A model generated the notes under the pieces. It was not told where the DNA came from. It ran no database searches and saw only the letters and a program-made list of their open reading frames with translations. This document shows positions 1-8,629 of a stretch of DNA of 64,000 nucleotides, one piece after another. Position 1 is the first letter of the stretch; each line of letters begins with the position of its first letter. A program made the translations under genes and the position numbers. The stretch lies in contig OY970176.1 of NCBI GenBank assembly GCA_963707955.1, forward strand, positions 1,120,001-1,184,000, given 5' to 3'. This stretch comes from Candidatus Bathyarchaeota archaeon (lineage in GTDB: Archaea > Thermoproteota > Bathyarchaeia > Bathyarchaeales > Bathycorpusculaceae).

Positions 1-1
1 C

Positions 2-120
2 GACCCCGACGTGCACCTAGAACTGGACGAAAACGGCAAAATCATGGGAATAGAAATCTGGAACGCAGGAAAAAGCGGCTCATAAAGCAAGTGGCAAAAG
101 CCATAGCCGAAACAGCCTGA
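2..120 (+). CDS. DUF2283-family small protein, 3' part (5' end outside window; possible 1-nt deletion near 79)
   Basis: Frame 2 reads DPDVHLELDENGKIMGIEIWNAGKSG (D..G.I.GIEI signature). It stops at 83-85, or continues LIKQVAKAIAETA* to 120 if one base is restored. Confidence 0.65.
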   Translation, partial: PRRAPRTGRKRQNHGNRNLERRKKRLIKQVAKAIAETA

Positions 121-149
121 AAGAAACGCAAGACTAAGTATTCCTTTTT

Positions 150-264
150 TGGTGCCGGGGGCGGGATTCGAGCCCGCGACCTCTGGACATCAGGCGCTCA
201 ATGCCCCGTTCTTTGTTCTCCAGATTATGAGTCTGGCGCCCTGGCCAGGCTAGGCTACCCCGGC
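150..264 (-). tRNA. tRNA-Met(CAT), elongator type, with a 37-nt intron at non-canonical position 45/46 (intron 181-217)
   Basis: GCCGGGG/CCCCGGC acceptor stem, A73-CCA, intact anticodon arm CCAGA-CTCATAA-TCTGG, T arm GCGGG-CTCGAAT-CCCGC. The extra 37 nt lie in the variable loop with helix CTGG/CCAG, bulge AG|A and inner helix ACA/TGT. Confidence 0.88.
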
Positions 265-673
265 TGTCCTGCCTTGGCAATTTGGATTAGCTAAGCCTTG
301 ATTTAAGGGTATTTGGTTCTTCGCTTTTCCCGAAACCGTTTATCTATGTTTGCTTCTGAGACGGCTTTTGCCCCCGTTTGAAGTCACTGTTCTTGGTGGA
401 CACTGCTGGCTCTGCAGATTGTCGCTTAAGGTTTTCTTTTTTTGGGAATATTGCGATCACAGAATAAATCATTCTTTATTCGGTTAACAGAATTCGTTAC
501 AAAACGAGCCTGATTCTTGAGCTATAGCACAATTCCAGCCTAAACCGAGTCCCCCCACCCTTTCACGTTCAATTAGGCCACGAATGTCACCGCTCAGTCC
601 TTGCACTATGGAGCGGCGAAATTGGGACCCTAGAGGGACCCTTCAGTCTAAGTTTTCCGCTCGTAGCTTTCTT

Positions 674-895
674 TCAGCTTACAAGATATTTATCTAAATA
701 TTTCCTTAGGAGTCTATATTCTTCTTTCATGAAATATGGGTTTATTGCTGGGTCAAGTGCTCGATTTCTCGCTGGGTCAAGTTCTGGGTTAGTTTGTGGA
801 TTAAGTTCGAGATTGCTGTCTGGGTCAAGTGCTGGATAGAGTGATGGTGAAGTTTTTTTTATTTTTTTCAGAAACTCGTCAAGTAGTGTTGCCAT
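674..895 (-). CDS. Small hypothetical protein with four 8-aa tandem repeats (xxL[DN]PxxN)
   Basis: ORF preceded by a GAGGTT RBS in the repeated promoter module; repeats PALDPDSN/LELNPQTN/PELDPARN/RALDPAIN. Confidence 0.65.
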   Translation of the reverse strand: MATLLDEFLKKIKKTSPSLYPALDPDSNLELNPQTNPELDPARNRALDPAINPYFMKEEYRLLRKYLDKYLVS

Positions 896-898
896 GTC

Positions 899-953
899 TT
901 TTTGAACCTCTAATTTGTCTTCTGTCGCTGTGCAGATTTAAAGTTGCTGTCTT
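899..953. repeat. Promoter/RBS module copy 1 (family also at 1504-1573, 2160-2250, 7801-7867, 8538-8606)
   Basis: TTTGAACCTCTAATTTGTCTTCTGTCGCTGTGCAGATTTAAAGTTGCTGTCTT aligns by eye with the other copies. Confidence 0.8.
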
Positions 954-993
954 CTTTATACTGCATGACTTAGGCTAGAAAAAGAGAGTGGGT

Positions 994-1512
994 TTAGTAG
1001 TAGTATGTTATGGTTACGTTTGCTGTCTCTGTCAAAGGTGGATTAGGGTCAAAGAAATATACAACAAAGCCTGAAGGCAGGACAGGGAAAATTGCCGTTC
1101 CATTGTTGCCCAAGTTAAAATCATTTTGATACCTCAGAATTGGATAATAGTCCCAGACAACCGTGATGGTAACTGTCTCATTAAGTGTTGAGGAAACTTG
1201 GACAGAAACGTATCCTGCATATGGTGTGCTTTCCTCCAGACTTGCGGGTTCAACTGTGGGGAATGTGGATACTGTTCCATTATACAAGGTCGCAGATTCA
1301 CTGAGGTTGAGAACACCCATCAAATTATTCATTTGATTTTGCAGATTTGTATTGTTAGCTTGCAGTTGCTTGTTTTGGTTTTGGAGATTGTTATAGCTGT
1401 TTTGTGCTGATATGCCAGTTATCGAAAAGTATGCTATAACAGCTATCAAGAGAATGCAGATTATTCCTAATGAAATAGCCACACTTCTTCTAACCATTTT
1501 CTTTTCACTCAT
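994..1512 (-). CDS. Membrane-anchored protein with N/Q-rich coiled coil and beta-rich C-terminal domain
   Basis: N-terminal TM (VAISLGIICILLIAVIAYF), heptad LQNQNKQLQANN, RBS upstream. Confidence 0.75.
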   Translation of the reverse strand: MSEKKMVRRSVAISLGIICILLIAVIAYFSITGISAQNSYNNLQNQNKQLQANNTNLQNQMNNLMGVLNLSESATLYNGTVSTFPTVEPASLEESTPYAGYVSVQVSSTLNETVTITVVWDYYPILRYQNDFNLGNNGTAIFPVLPSGFVVYFFDPNPPLTETANVTITYYY

Positions 1513-1573
1513 TTTTGAACCCCTAGTTTGTTCTATATTGCTATGCGGAGATTAAGATTTTGCCTTTTGAGGT
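1504..1573. repeat. Promoter/RBS module copy 2
   Basis: TTCACTCATTTTTGAACCCCTAGTTTGTTCTATATTGCTATGCGGAGATTAAGATTTTGCCTTTTGAGGT. Confidence 0.8.
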
Positions 1574-1652
1574 AAAAAATCGAAACAAATCTAAAAATAC
1601 GGATTAGTTCTGCAAAATCGTTATATTTCATTCAGGAAGTCTATTCTGAGAA

Positions 1653-2141
1653 GTGCTCGGATTGAAAGCTGTTGAATCAAAACTAATAAGCGAGCTTATG
1701 AAGGACAGTCGAAGAAGTGACAGAGAACTAGCTAGGTCTATAGGCGTTTCTCAACCGACAGTCACAAGATTAAGGGCTAGACTCGAAAAAGAAAAAGTCA
1801 TAAGAGAATACACTGTGATACCAGACTTTCAGAAATTGGGGTTTAAAATCTTGGCGATAACCTCTCTTGCCATGGTTAAAGAACCTGATTCGAAAGAGTT
1901 TGAAAGGGCACTAGGCACTTTCTCAAATATTCTAATGTTTGAAAGGGGCTTAGGCTTGAAGTCTTCGCATATGGTCGTTTCGCTTCATGAAGACTTCTCT
2001 TCCTATGCAGAATTTAAAAGAAAACTTGAAAAGAATGAGTTTTGGGAAGTGACGCATTCGGCAAGTTTCTTAGTGAATCTCAATGAAGATTCTGGTTTTC
2101 TGTCATTCTCAAATTTAGCAAAAGAGTTAGTGAAGATGTAG
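1653..2141 (+). CDS. Lrp/AsnC-family transcriptional regulator
   Basis: N-terminal HTH KLISELMKDSRRSDRELARSIGVSQPTVTRLRARLEKEKVIREYT, linker PDFQKLGF. Confidence 0.9.
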   Translation: MLGLKAVESKLISELMKDSRRSDRELARSIGVSQPTVTRLRARLEKEKVIREYTVIPDFQKLGFKILAITSLAMVKEPDSKEFERALGTFSNILMFERGLGLKSSHMVVSLHEDFSSYAEFKRKLEKNEFWEVTHSASFLVNLNEDSGFLSFSNLAKELVKM

Positions 2142-2159
2142 AAATTCTCTCTTGTCATC

Positions 2160-2250
2160 TTCACTCATTCTTTAACCTCTAGTTTGTTCTATATTGCTGT
2201 GCAGATTAAAGATTTCTGTCTTTGAGGTTTTGCGGAAAAGTTATAGCTGA
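2160..2250. repeat. Promoter/RBS module copy 3 (retains the ATGAGTGAA start of a lost minus-strand gene)
   Basis: TTCACTCATTCTTTAACCTCTAGTTTGTTCTATATTGCTGTGCAGATTAAAGATTTCTGTCTTTGAGGTTTTGCGGAAAAGTTATAGCTGA. Confidence 0.8.
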
Positions 2251-2270
2251 ACCGAAAGTAACTTTGTGGA

Positions 2271-2834
2271 TTGGTGTTCGGATTGCTTGAAGGTAAGACG
2301 GTAAATCTGAGGATTGCTGAGAAGGAAGACCTGGATTTCATAGGCGAACATGCTAATGACATTAATTGTATGGGTGAGTACTGGTCTAATATTGAACAGG
2401 TTTCAAAGTCTGAATTAATGAAAGGATATGACAATCCTTCAAACTTGGTCATCTTACTTGAGGCTAAGAAGTTTATCATTCAGAAGAAAGATGGGACTAG
2501 GATAGGGGAGATTCGTCATTTTCTAGATTTACCCCACCAATTGATGGAGCTTGCTTGCTGGTTGGTGCCGAGTGAAAGGAAGAAAGGATATGCAACCGAA
2601 GCAACTCGGTTGATGGTTGACTATCTGTTTCTGTCAAGAGAACTTGCGAGGATTCAGGCAATAGTTGACGTAAGACACATAGCATCTCAGAGAGTTTTGG
2701 AAAAAGCAGGTTTCCAGAGAGAGGGGACGATGAGAGATGAAACCTTCGACAGAGGAGAATGGAGAGATTTCTACCTCTACAGCATTCTTAGAAGAGAGTG
2801 GAAAGAACCAAAGATACTGACAAAAACCGCTTGA
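2271..2834 (+). CDS. GNAT N-acetyltransferase, RimJ/RimL-like
   Basis: ERKKGYATEA acetyl-CoA loop, ASQRVLEKAGFQREG, WRDFYLYSILRREW. Confidence 0.9.
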   Translation: MVFGLLEGKTVNLRIAEKEDLDFIGEHANDINCMGEYWSNIEQVSKSELMKGYDNPSNLVILLEAKKFIIQKKDGTRIGEIRHFLDLPHQLMELACWLVPSERKKGYATEATRLMVDYLFLSRELARIQAIVDVRHIASQRVLEKAGFQREGTMRDETFDRGEWRDFYLYSILRREWKEPKILTKTA

Positions 2835-2967
2835 AACACTGAGTAGCTTTTTTCTGTTCTGAGCCTTCCCTTTTTCTGTTTCGGAATAGCTCAAGGCTCG
2901 GAATAACGCCTTTTTAATCAGTTGATTAACTAATTCATTTTGAGGCATGAAAAGCGGTGTCTTGATA

Positions 2968-3002
2968 AATACTATATTCGCTATTTTGGCGAATAGAGTA
3001 TT
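2968..3002. promoter_or_regulatory. 14-bp inverted repeat (1 mismatch, 7-bp spacer) abutting the TATA box of the 3045 gene
   Basis: AATACTATATTCGC-TATTTTG-GCGAATAGAGTATT; the TATA-like TTATATATTA begins at 3001. Confidence 0.55.
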
Positions 3003-3044
3003 ATATATTAATATACCCTGTATGCCTTAAGAAGGCACAGCAAG

Positions 3045-3353
3045 ATGTTGAAAAAAACGGAGATAGGCGAGCACACCGACCAAGATGAAGAGACCGACAT
3101 AAGAGAGAAGATAGAAATCACCCTGCGCAGGCTGCAAGAATTGAAAGGAAGAGTGGCGGAACTGAAACGCAGATGCGAAGAACTCCGACAGATGGAGTTA
3201 GAGCACACGGAACAGGAAGCCGTGGAAAACACGCTGCTGTGTGATAAGTGTGGACGCGCGTTGGACCCAGAGCAGCAAGTTGCGGTCAAAGATTCTGACG
3301 GCGTGGAGCGAAGCCACTACCACAAAGAGTGCTTCCAGACATTATTCAAGTGA
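3045..3353 (+). CDS. Hypothetical protein, coiled coil plus CxxC...HxxC zinc finger
   Basis: CDKC and HKEC motifs; TATA box upstream. Confidence 0.7.
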   Translation: MLKKTEIGEHTDQDEETDIREKIEITLRRLQELKGRVAELKRRCEELRQMELEHTEQEAVENTLLCDKCGRALDPEQQVAVKDSDGVERSHYHKECFQTLFK

Positions 3354-3379
3354 CAAGGCTCAGTTCGAGAACGGAAAAT

Positions 3380-4087
3380 CTATTCTTTCTCCAGCTTCTC
3401 TACGCCAGAACTCTTTCCAACGTACACTATGTCTGCCATTCCAACAAAGAGCCCCGTTTCCACAACTCCTGAAACAGCTTTTAGGTCTCGCGCCAAGTCA
3501 GCAGGCCTGCGTATGAGTCCAAAATCCACGTCGAGGATCACGTTGCCGTTGTCCGTTATGACGGGCCCAACCTTTCCCGTCCCTTCCCTGATAATAGGCG
3601 TTCCACCGATCTCTTTCAGTCTGCGTATCACGAAAGGCACTGCGAAAGGCAGCACTTCTATCGGCACTGGCTGACCGTTTTCACCGAGTACTCTAACCTT
3701 TTTACTCGCATCTGCAACGATGATGTTCTGTTTGGAGGCGCAGGCAACAATCTTCTCGCGCGTAAGGGCCCCGCCCATCCCTTTGATCAGGTTCAGGTGC
3801 GCATCAACCTGGTCTGCACCGTCAATCGTCACATCCAACACAGGGTGCTCATCAAGCGTCGTTATTGGAATCCGATGCTTGACGGCAAACATGAAAGCCT
3901 GGTACGATGTTGGGACGCCGAGAACGTGCAGTTTCTTGCGCGCAATTTCGTTTCCGATCTCTTCGATAGCGTAAGCCGCTGTGCTTCCGCTTCCCAAGCC
4001 CACGATGAAACCGTCTTTCACGTGTTTGACGGCTTCCAAGGTCGCCATTTTCTTGGCCTTTTCAGCCCATTCGCTCTTAGGATTCAA
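3380..4087 (-). CDS. rpiA: Ribose-5-phosphate isomerase A
   Basis: GLGSGST, DGADQVD, KGMGGALTREK, GVVETGLF motifs. Confidence 0.97.
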   Translation of the reverse strand: MNPKSEWAEKAKKMATLEAVKHVKDGFIVGLGSGSTAAYAIEEIGNEIARKKLHVLGVPTSYQAFMFAVKHRIPITTLDEHPVLDVTIDGADQVDAHLNLIKGMGGALTREKIVACASKQNIIVADASKKVRVLGENGQPVPIEVLPFAVPFVIRRLKEIGGTPIIREGTGKVGPVITDNGNVILDVDFGLIRRPADLARDLKAVSGVVETGLFVGMADIVYVGKSSGVEKLEKE

Positions 4088-4775
4088 TCTCCATCTGTCC
4101 CAGCCTGTCTAGAACCTTTTCCACTTCTGACCGGATTTCCTCTATCCTTTTTTCAGCTTCAGTCCTTGGAGTGGCCTTGGCCGGCGCTTGTTTCTTCTTT
4201 CTCTTAGCCTTTTCCTCGGCGCCAGCTTTCTCCTCCGAACCCGATGTCTCAGCTTCCGCAGTTCTAGGTCCGACAGCTATCTCCTTTATCGGTCTTACCT
4301 CTGTTTTGGACCGCAGTTCATCGATTTTTGAAGTGAGTTCGTCGAAGCGGTCGCTGAACAGTTTCATCAAGTCTTCCTGCATAGTTTCAAGCTCATGCAG
4401 AGCAACTAGAGACTCGTCCTTCGAAATAGCGTCCTTCACAGTCATCATTCTGGACTTGTACGTCTGTGCAAGTCTCTCCCTCTCTTCCTCGGTTATTTTT
4501 CCTTCGGCATGAGCCTCGTACAGCCTTCGGATAGCGTCGCTTAAGATTTCCCTCTCCAAGTCCAGTATTCGCAGCTCGTCCCTAGCGTGTGAAGCATCTT
4601 CTGTTTGAACACTCTTAACGACCTTGAAGGGGTAGCCTCTAAGTTCAGGCGGAACTATTGCCTCTTTGGAGATTCTCTCCTTCTTCGGCCGCCTTCTCAT
4701 CCCGAAAATCACGATCACACAGACGATAATTGCCCCTACTGTGATCAACGTGATGGTTATGGGATCAAGGGGCAA
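4077..4775 (-). CDS. Membrane-anchored coiled-coil hypothetical protein
   Basis: Single N-terminal TM followed by RRRPKK and long charged helices; overlaps the rpiA start. Confidence 0.75.
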   Translation of the reverse strand: MPLDPITITLITVGAIIVCVIVIFGMRRRPKKERISKEAIVPPELRGYPFKVVKSVQTEDASHARDELRILDLEREILSDAIRRLYEAHAEGKITEEERERLAQTYKSRMMTVKDAISKDESLVALHELETMQEDLMKLFSDRFDELTSKIDELRSKTEVRPIKEIAVGPRTAEAETSGSEEKAGAEEKAKRKKKQAPAKATPRTEAEKRIEEIRSEVEKVLDRLGQMEIES

Positions 4776-4896
4776 TACCCAATTCCCTCTCTATCTTCTT
4801 TGCTTACTGTCCATATATAAATTGTTTAATCGAAGCGCACGGAACGTTCCGCCCCAGAGCAAAAAAGATTTCAGCCGAGACTATCAGTTTCCACTG

Positions 4897-5140
4897 TTAT
4901 TTGACGAGGACGCCGACGAGCTTAACCCTCTCAACAACGTCATCTCCGTGAGGCGCGAGCGCCATCTCTTCCGTCAAGTCTCTCCCAGACCGCGTGCTCA
5001 CCCTGATGGTCACCTCCTGCCCAAAGAAAATCATCAGTGACATCGTAGACCTTGCCTTTGTAAGCTATGTAAGCCGGCCTTCCATCCTTCCCATCATAGT
5101 TCCTCAGCTCTTCCAGCGTGAACTTTCTCTCAGCACTCAT
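4897..5140 (-). CDS. Cytochrome b5-like heme/steroid-binding protein (1-nt frameshift near 4989)
   Basis: FTLEELRNYDGKDGRPAYIAYKGKVYDVT; removing one base restores HAAGRDLTEEMALAPHG...VGVLVK*. Confidence 0.85.
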
Positions 5141-5223
5141 GACATCATCGCTCTGACGAATTAGACGAGCGAAGGTTATTTGAGATTTTCGGACCGAAGC
5201 AGAGGACCGCCATGAAAGAAACA

Positions 5224-5301
5224 TGGAGCCTCGGGCGGGATTTGAACCCGCGACCCCCGCCTTACCAAGGCGGAGCCCCAACCGAGCTAGGCTACCGAGG
5301 C
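5224..5301 (-). tRNA. tRNA-Thr(GGT)
   Basis: GCCTCGG/CCGAGGC acceptor stem, CCGCC-TTGGTAA-GGCGG anticodon arm, GGTTCAAATCC, encoded CCA. Confidence 0.95.
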
Positions 5302-5404
5302 ACGTGCGCACACCCTATTAGTGACGAACGGTTTTTTATGTTTTGAGGCTTCCGGAACCCTGCAGGCCAAGAGCCGATCCTTGTAGCAGACGCAGAAAGG
5401 AATA

Positions 5405-5776
5405 ATGCAGCCGCATTCAGGTTTGGAAGTCATTATTTGCAAGTGTTATAGTCTTGTAATGATTCAACATGTGCCCACACCGCCATACTCTTACCAGTGG
5501 TACTTGGGCACGAACCCCTATCCAAGCGCAACGTTGGCCTCATGGACTTTTACTCCACCATCAGTCGGCATTTACTTTGTGTACTTAAACGTAACAGACT
5601 TCAGAGGCCGAATAGCCATATCCAACACTGCTAGAGTCGTCGTAACTTCCCTCCCAGTCGGAGGGTACTCCGTTTCGCTGGAGAGAACAACGTCAACACT
5701 TCCGATCTTCTGCTACGGCGCACTCATCGCAGCCTTTGGAGCTACAACAACCATAATCAGACGCAAGAAGAAGTGA
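5405..5776 (+). pseudogene. C-terminal fragment of a PKD/Ig-like cell-surface protein with PVGG-TM-basic tail
   Basis: PPYSYQWY...WTFTP...YFVYLNVTD PKD-like strand pattern lacking its N-terminus and a signal peptide; ends LPVGGYSV...hydrophobic...RRKKK. Confidence 0.6.
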
Positions 5777-6017
5777 CAGCTCCAATCGCTCCAGAACGAT
5801 GCTGCTTTCGTAGCGAGAACAAACCAAGCAGAGACGAAGCCCAAATTTCTCAAGAAACCTGTCGACAGCCAGCCTAAATGGTGCCTCGTCATATGGCTGA
5901 TGATTTTTGACTCTTCGCTTGCAACGCAGACCGTTTCTTGGGCTGCAAGAATTCCTGAGCTCTACAACTAAACAAATATAAAAGAAACTACAGTTTCACC
6001 ATCTGAAGACCACCATT

Positions 6018-6135
6018 GCGGGGGTGTCCGAGTCTGGCCAAAGGAGACAGGCTTAGGAAAGCGTCGACGTTGAACGAGCTTTATGAAACCTGTTGCCGCA
6101 GGGCTGCGTGGGTTCAAACCCCATCCCCCGCACCA
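6018..6135 (+). tRNA. tRNA-Leu(TAG) with a 30-nt intron at canonical 37/38 (6058-6087)
   Basis: GCGGGGG/CCCCCGC acceptor stem, ACAGG-CT-TAG-G|intron|A-CCTGT, long variable arm, encoded CCA; relaxed BHB with inner helix AAGC/GCTT. Confidence 0.93.
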
Positions 6136-6432
6136 CAATTTCACGCATGATTTGAGCTTATTTAGGCAAAAAGAACCCAATTTAGGATATTAGGAGAGAG
6201 GGTTGAAAATTGAACACGCGTTTACCGGCAAAAGTGCTTTTCATCCGCAGCGCTCGCGCTTCGGTTTTTCCCACGTCATTTTTGAAGAACTTTTTGACTT
6301 TTGAAACTGTAACCAATTCTCAAAAACCCCTGCTCAAGAACGAAGCCAGTAATGAACACGTGCTGTACGCCGAAGAAAGGTTGAAGCTCACGCGTTCAGC
6401 TTTTTAAGGCCAGCGTTCTCCATTGTTGTGCT

Positions 6433-7677
6433 GTGATAGTCTCAATAATCGTTCTTGTAATAGTCCTAGTTCTCATTGCAACTAGACGGATAGGAAATAT
6501 CAGGCTGCAGATTTGGCAGGTAATGCTTTTTGGAGCAATCCTCGTCCTGGTGACTGGGCAAATATCTCCGGCAAACGCTTTGACGTCGATAAACCTTGAT
6601 GTGATGCTTTTTCTGTTTGGAATGTTTGTTGTGGGAACAGCTCTTGAAGAAAGCGGCTACCTGGCACACCTCTCTTACAAGCTTTTTAAGAAAGCGAAAT
6701 CACCAAGCCAGCTACTATTGACCGTCCTGTTCGGCATGGGCGTGGCATCGGCTTTTTTGATGAACGATACTCTGGCAATAATGGGTACACCAATTGTTCT
6801 GCTTCTAGCAAGACAGCACCAAATGCCTCCGAAACTCATGCTCCTCACCTTAGCTTTCGCAGTGACGATCGGAAGCGCAATGAGCCCCATAGGAAACCCA
6901 CAAAACGTTCTGGTGGCGATTAATGGCAATATCCCGAACCCCTTTGTCACTTTTTTTGGTTTTCTCCTACTGCCGACCATCATAAACCTTTTCCTAGCCT
7001 TCCTTCTGCTAAGATTCTTCTATGGTAAAGACCTCCATGAGAACAAACTGGTCCATTACGAAGAACCAGTAAAAGATCCCAAGTTGGCAAAAGTTTCGAA
7101 GTTTTCACTCATTCTAATTGCTGCTTTGGTCATCGCAAAGATCATGACAGTATTCTTGAGCATTCAAATAGATTTCAGACTGACCTATATCGCACTAATA
7201 CCAGCACTTCCGATTATAGCATTGAGTCCGAGAAGGTTCGAAATAGTTAGAAAGATAGACTGGCGTACGCTGATATTCTTTGCCGCAATGTTCATTTTGA
7301 TGCAAAGCGTTTGGGAATCAGGATTTTTCCAGTCAATAATAACCGGGCTGAACTTGAACATAACCTCCACGGTCATGATCTTGCCGATCAGCACGCTTCT
7401 GAGTCAACTGATTTCCAATGTACCCCTAGTCGCATTGTATTTGCCAATGCTTTTGAAGGCTGGAGCCTCCACGGGAGAGATGATGGCTTTAGCAGCAGGA
7501 AGCACAATCGCGGGCAACCTTTTCATCCTCGGAGCCGCAAGCAACGTAATAATAATACAGAACGCAGAAAAGAAATTCGGAGAAACCATCACATTTTTGG
7601 AATTTGCAAAAATCGGTGTTCTTCTAACAGCTGTTAACGTGCTTGTTTATTGGCTGTTCTTGTCTGCACACCTTTAA
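6433..7677 (+). CDS. ArsB/NhaD/SLC13-type anion permease (YbiR-like)
   Basis: About 11 TMs; SAFLMNDT, SPIGNPQN, SQLISNVP, GAASNVII motifs. Confidence 0.88.
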   Translation: MIVSIIVLVIVLVLIATRRIGNIRLQIWQVMLFGAILVLVTGQISPANALTSINLDVMLFLFGMFVVGTALEESGYLAHLSYKLFKKAKSPSQLLLTVLFGMGVASAFLMNDTLAIMGTPIVLLLARQHQMPPKLMLLTLAFAVTIGSAMSPIGNPQNVLVAINGNIPNPFVTFFGFLLLPTIINLFLAFLLLRFFYGKDLHENKLVHYEEPVKDPKLAKVSKFSLILIAALVIAKIMTVFLSIQIDFRLTYIALIPALPIIALSPRRFEIVRKIDWRTLIFFAAMFILMQSVWESGFFQSIITGLNLNITSTVMILPISTLLSQLISNVPLVALYLPMLLKAGASTGEMMALAAGSTIAGNLFILGAASNVIIIQNAEKKFGETITFLEFAKIGVLLTAVNVLVYWLFLSAHL

Positions 7678-7714
7678 GGATATGAAGGAATTTATCGCGT
7701 AGATGTGCTTCTTT

Positions 7715-7798
7715 AGCGCGCGCTCTTCTAATAGCGGACGAACGAAGTCTCCGCACCGTTAGGACTAGGAATTGCGCCGTGTCTTCGTAGCGCGCGCT
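7715..7798. repeat. Pair of AGCGCGCGCT palindromes (7715-7724, 7789-7798)
   Basis: Read directly; 7715-7730 AGCGCGCGCTCTTCTA is identical to 42870-42885. Confidence 0.9.
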
Positions 7799-7874
7799 GT
7801 CCAGCTATAGCTTTTCCGCAAAATCGAAACTGGGTTTTTGGTTTGGTTGTAGTTGGACAAACTCTAGTCGTGTG

Positions 7875-8480
7875 CTATAACTTGATTTCTTTTGAACTAA
7901 CGGTTTCTACAAAGACATCATTTAATGGTGCGTTTATGTGCAGAGATCTGCCTACTTTCACGATTATTTTGTCTAGAAATAGTCTGTCAACAGTGTCAAA
8001 GCTGCTTATGTTTAGGGATTTCGCTTCTTTTAGTGCTTGGGAATACAGTTTTTCATCGAAGTCAACTTTTTTTGGGTCTAGAACATTATATCCAGCGTCT
8101 TTTCTCACAAACAAACCGATACCAATATGCGGAATATACTCGATGTCTTTCCTTAGATAAGGAGACAACATGCCAGTGTACAGTTCATCGTGCAAGACAA
8201 TAGCTTCTTCATTTCCTTCCTTTAGCAAAAGGAGCAACCAGTGGTCCCAAGATTTCGCGAAGCCTTCTATATGAATCGGAAAAGGTTTCCAATTCTTCAA
8301 CACTGTTTCAATATGTTCTGTCAGTTTCGTTTCTTCAACGTTACCGCAAGGCACTGGGAATACGAATGGTATGTGTGGTTTCAAAGAACCTGCAAAAGGG
8401 TTATATTTCCTGCGAAAAGAGCCAATATCCTCTTCAGTTTTCTTATCAAGCTTTGGATAATAAAGCAACGCGTAATACAT
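7875..8480 (-). CDS. 2H phosphoesterase / 2'-5' RNA ligase family protein (YjcG-like)
   Basis: FRRKYNP...KPHIPFVFP and YIPHIGIG: two His motifs about 80 aa apart. Confidence 0.8.
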   Translation of the reverse strand: MYYALLYYPKLDKKTEEDIGSFRRKYNPFAGSLKPHIPFVFPVPCGNVEETKLTEHIETVLKNWKPFPIHIEGFAKSWDHWLLLLLKEGNEEAIVLHDELYTGMLSPYLRKDIEYIPHIGIGLFVRKDAGYNVLDPKKVDFDEKLYSQALKEAKSLNISSFDTVDRLFLDKIIVKVGRSLHINAPLNDVFVETVSSKEIKL

Positions 8481-8537
8481 AATGTAAGAAGATAGCCACC
8501 TTTGTTTTTAAAACCTAGTCCGCACAGTCTTTCAACC

Positions 8538-8606
8538 CGCTACAACTTTTTCCGCAAAACCTCAAAGACAGAAATCAAATCTACTCAGCAACAGAGGACA
8601 AACTAG
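8538..8606 (-). repeat. Promoter module copy 4 (inverted), cut at AGCGCGCGCC (8605-8614)
   Basis: Reverse complement CTAGTTTGTCCTCTGTTGCTGAGTAGATTTGATTTCTGTCTTTGAGGTTTTGCGGAAAAAGTTGTAGC matches 2179-2247. Confidence 0.8.
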
Positions 8607-8629
8607 CGCGCGCCAAGATGTAAGGGATA

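Noticed and set aside
181-225. Alternative tRNA parse using CTGGA/TCCAG as the anticodon stem with a 37/38 intron
   Set aside because: It gives no U33 or valid anticodon loop; the CCAGA/TCTGG arm with CAT is complete.
622-641. GGGACCCTAGAGGGACCC sharing CCCTAGAGGG with 26751-26760
   Set aside because: A 10-bp match is expected by chance in 64 kb, and the flanks do not align.
745-840. Regularly spaced CTGGGTCAAGT repeats as a CRISPR array
   Set aside because: The 24-bp period is in frame within an ORF, there are no unique spacers of CRISPR length, and no cas genes are present.
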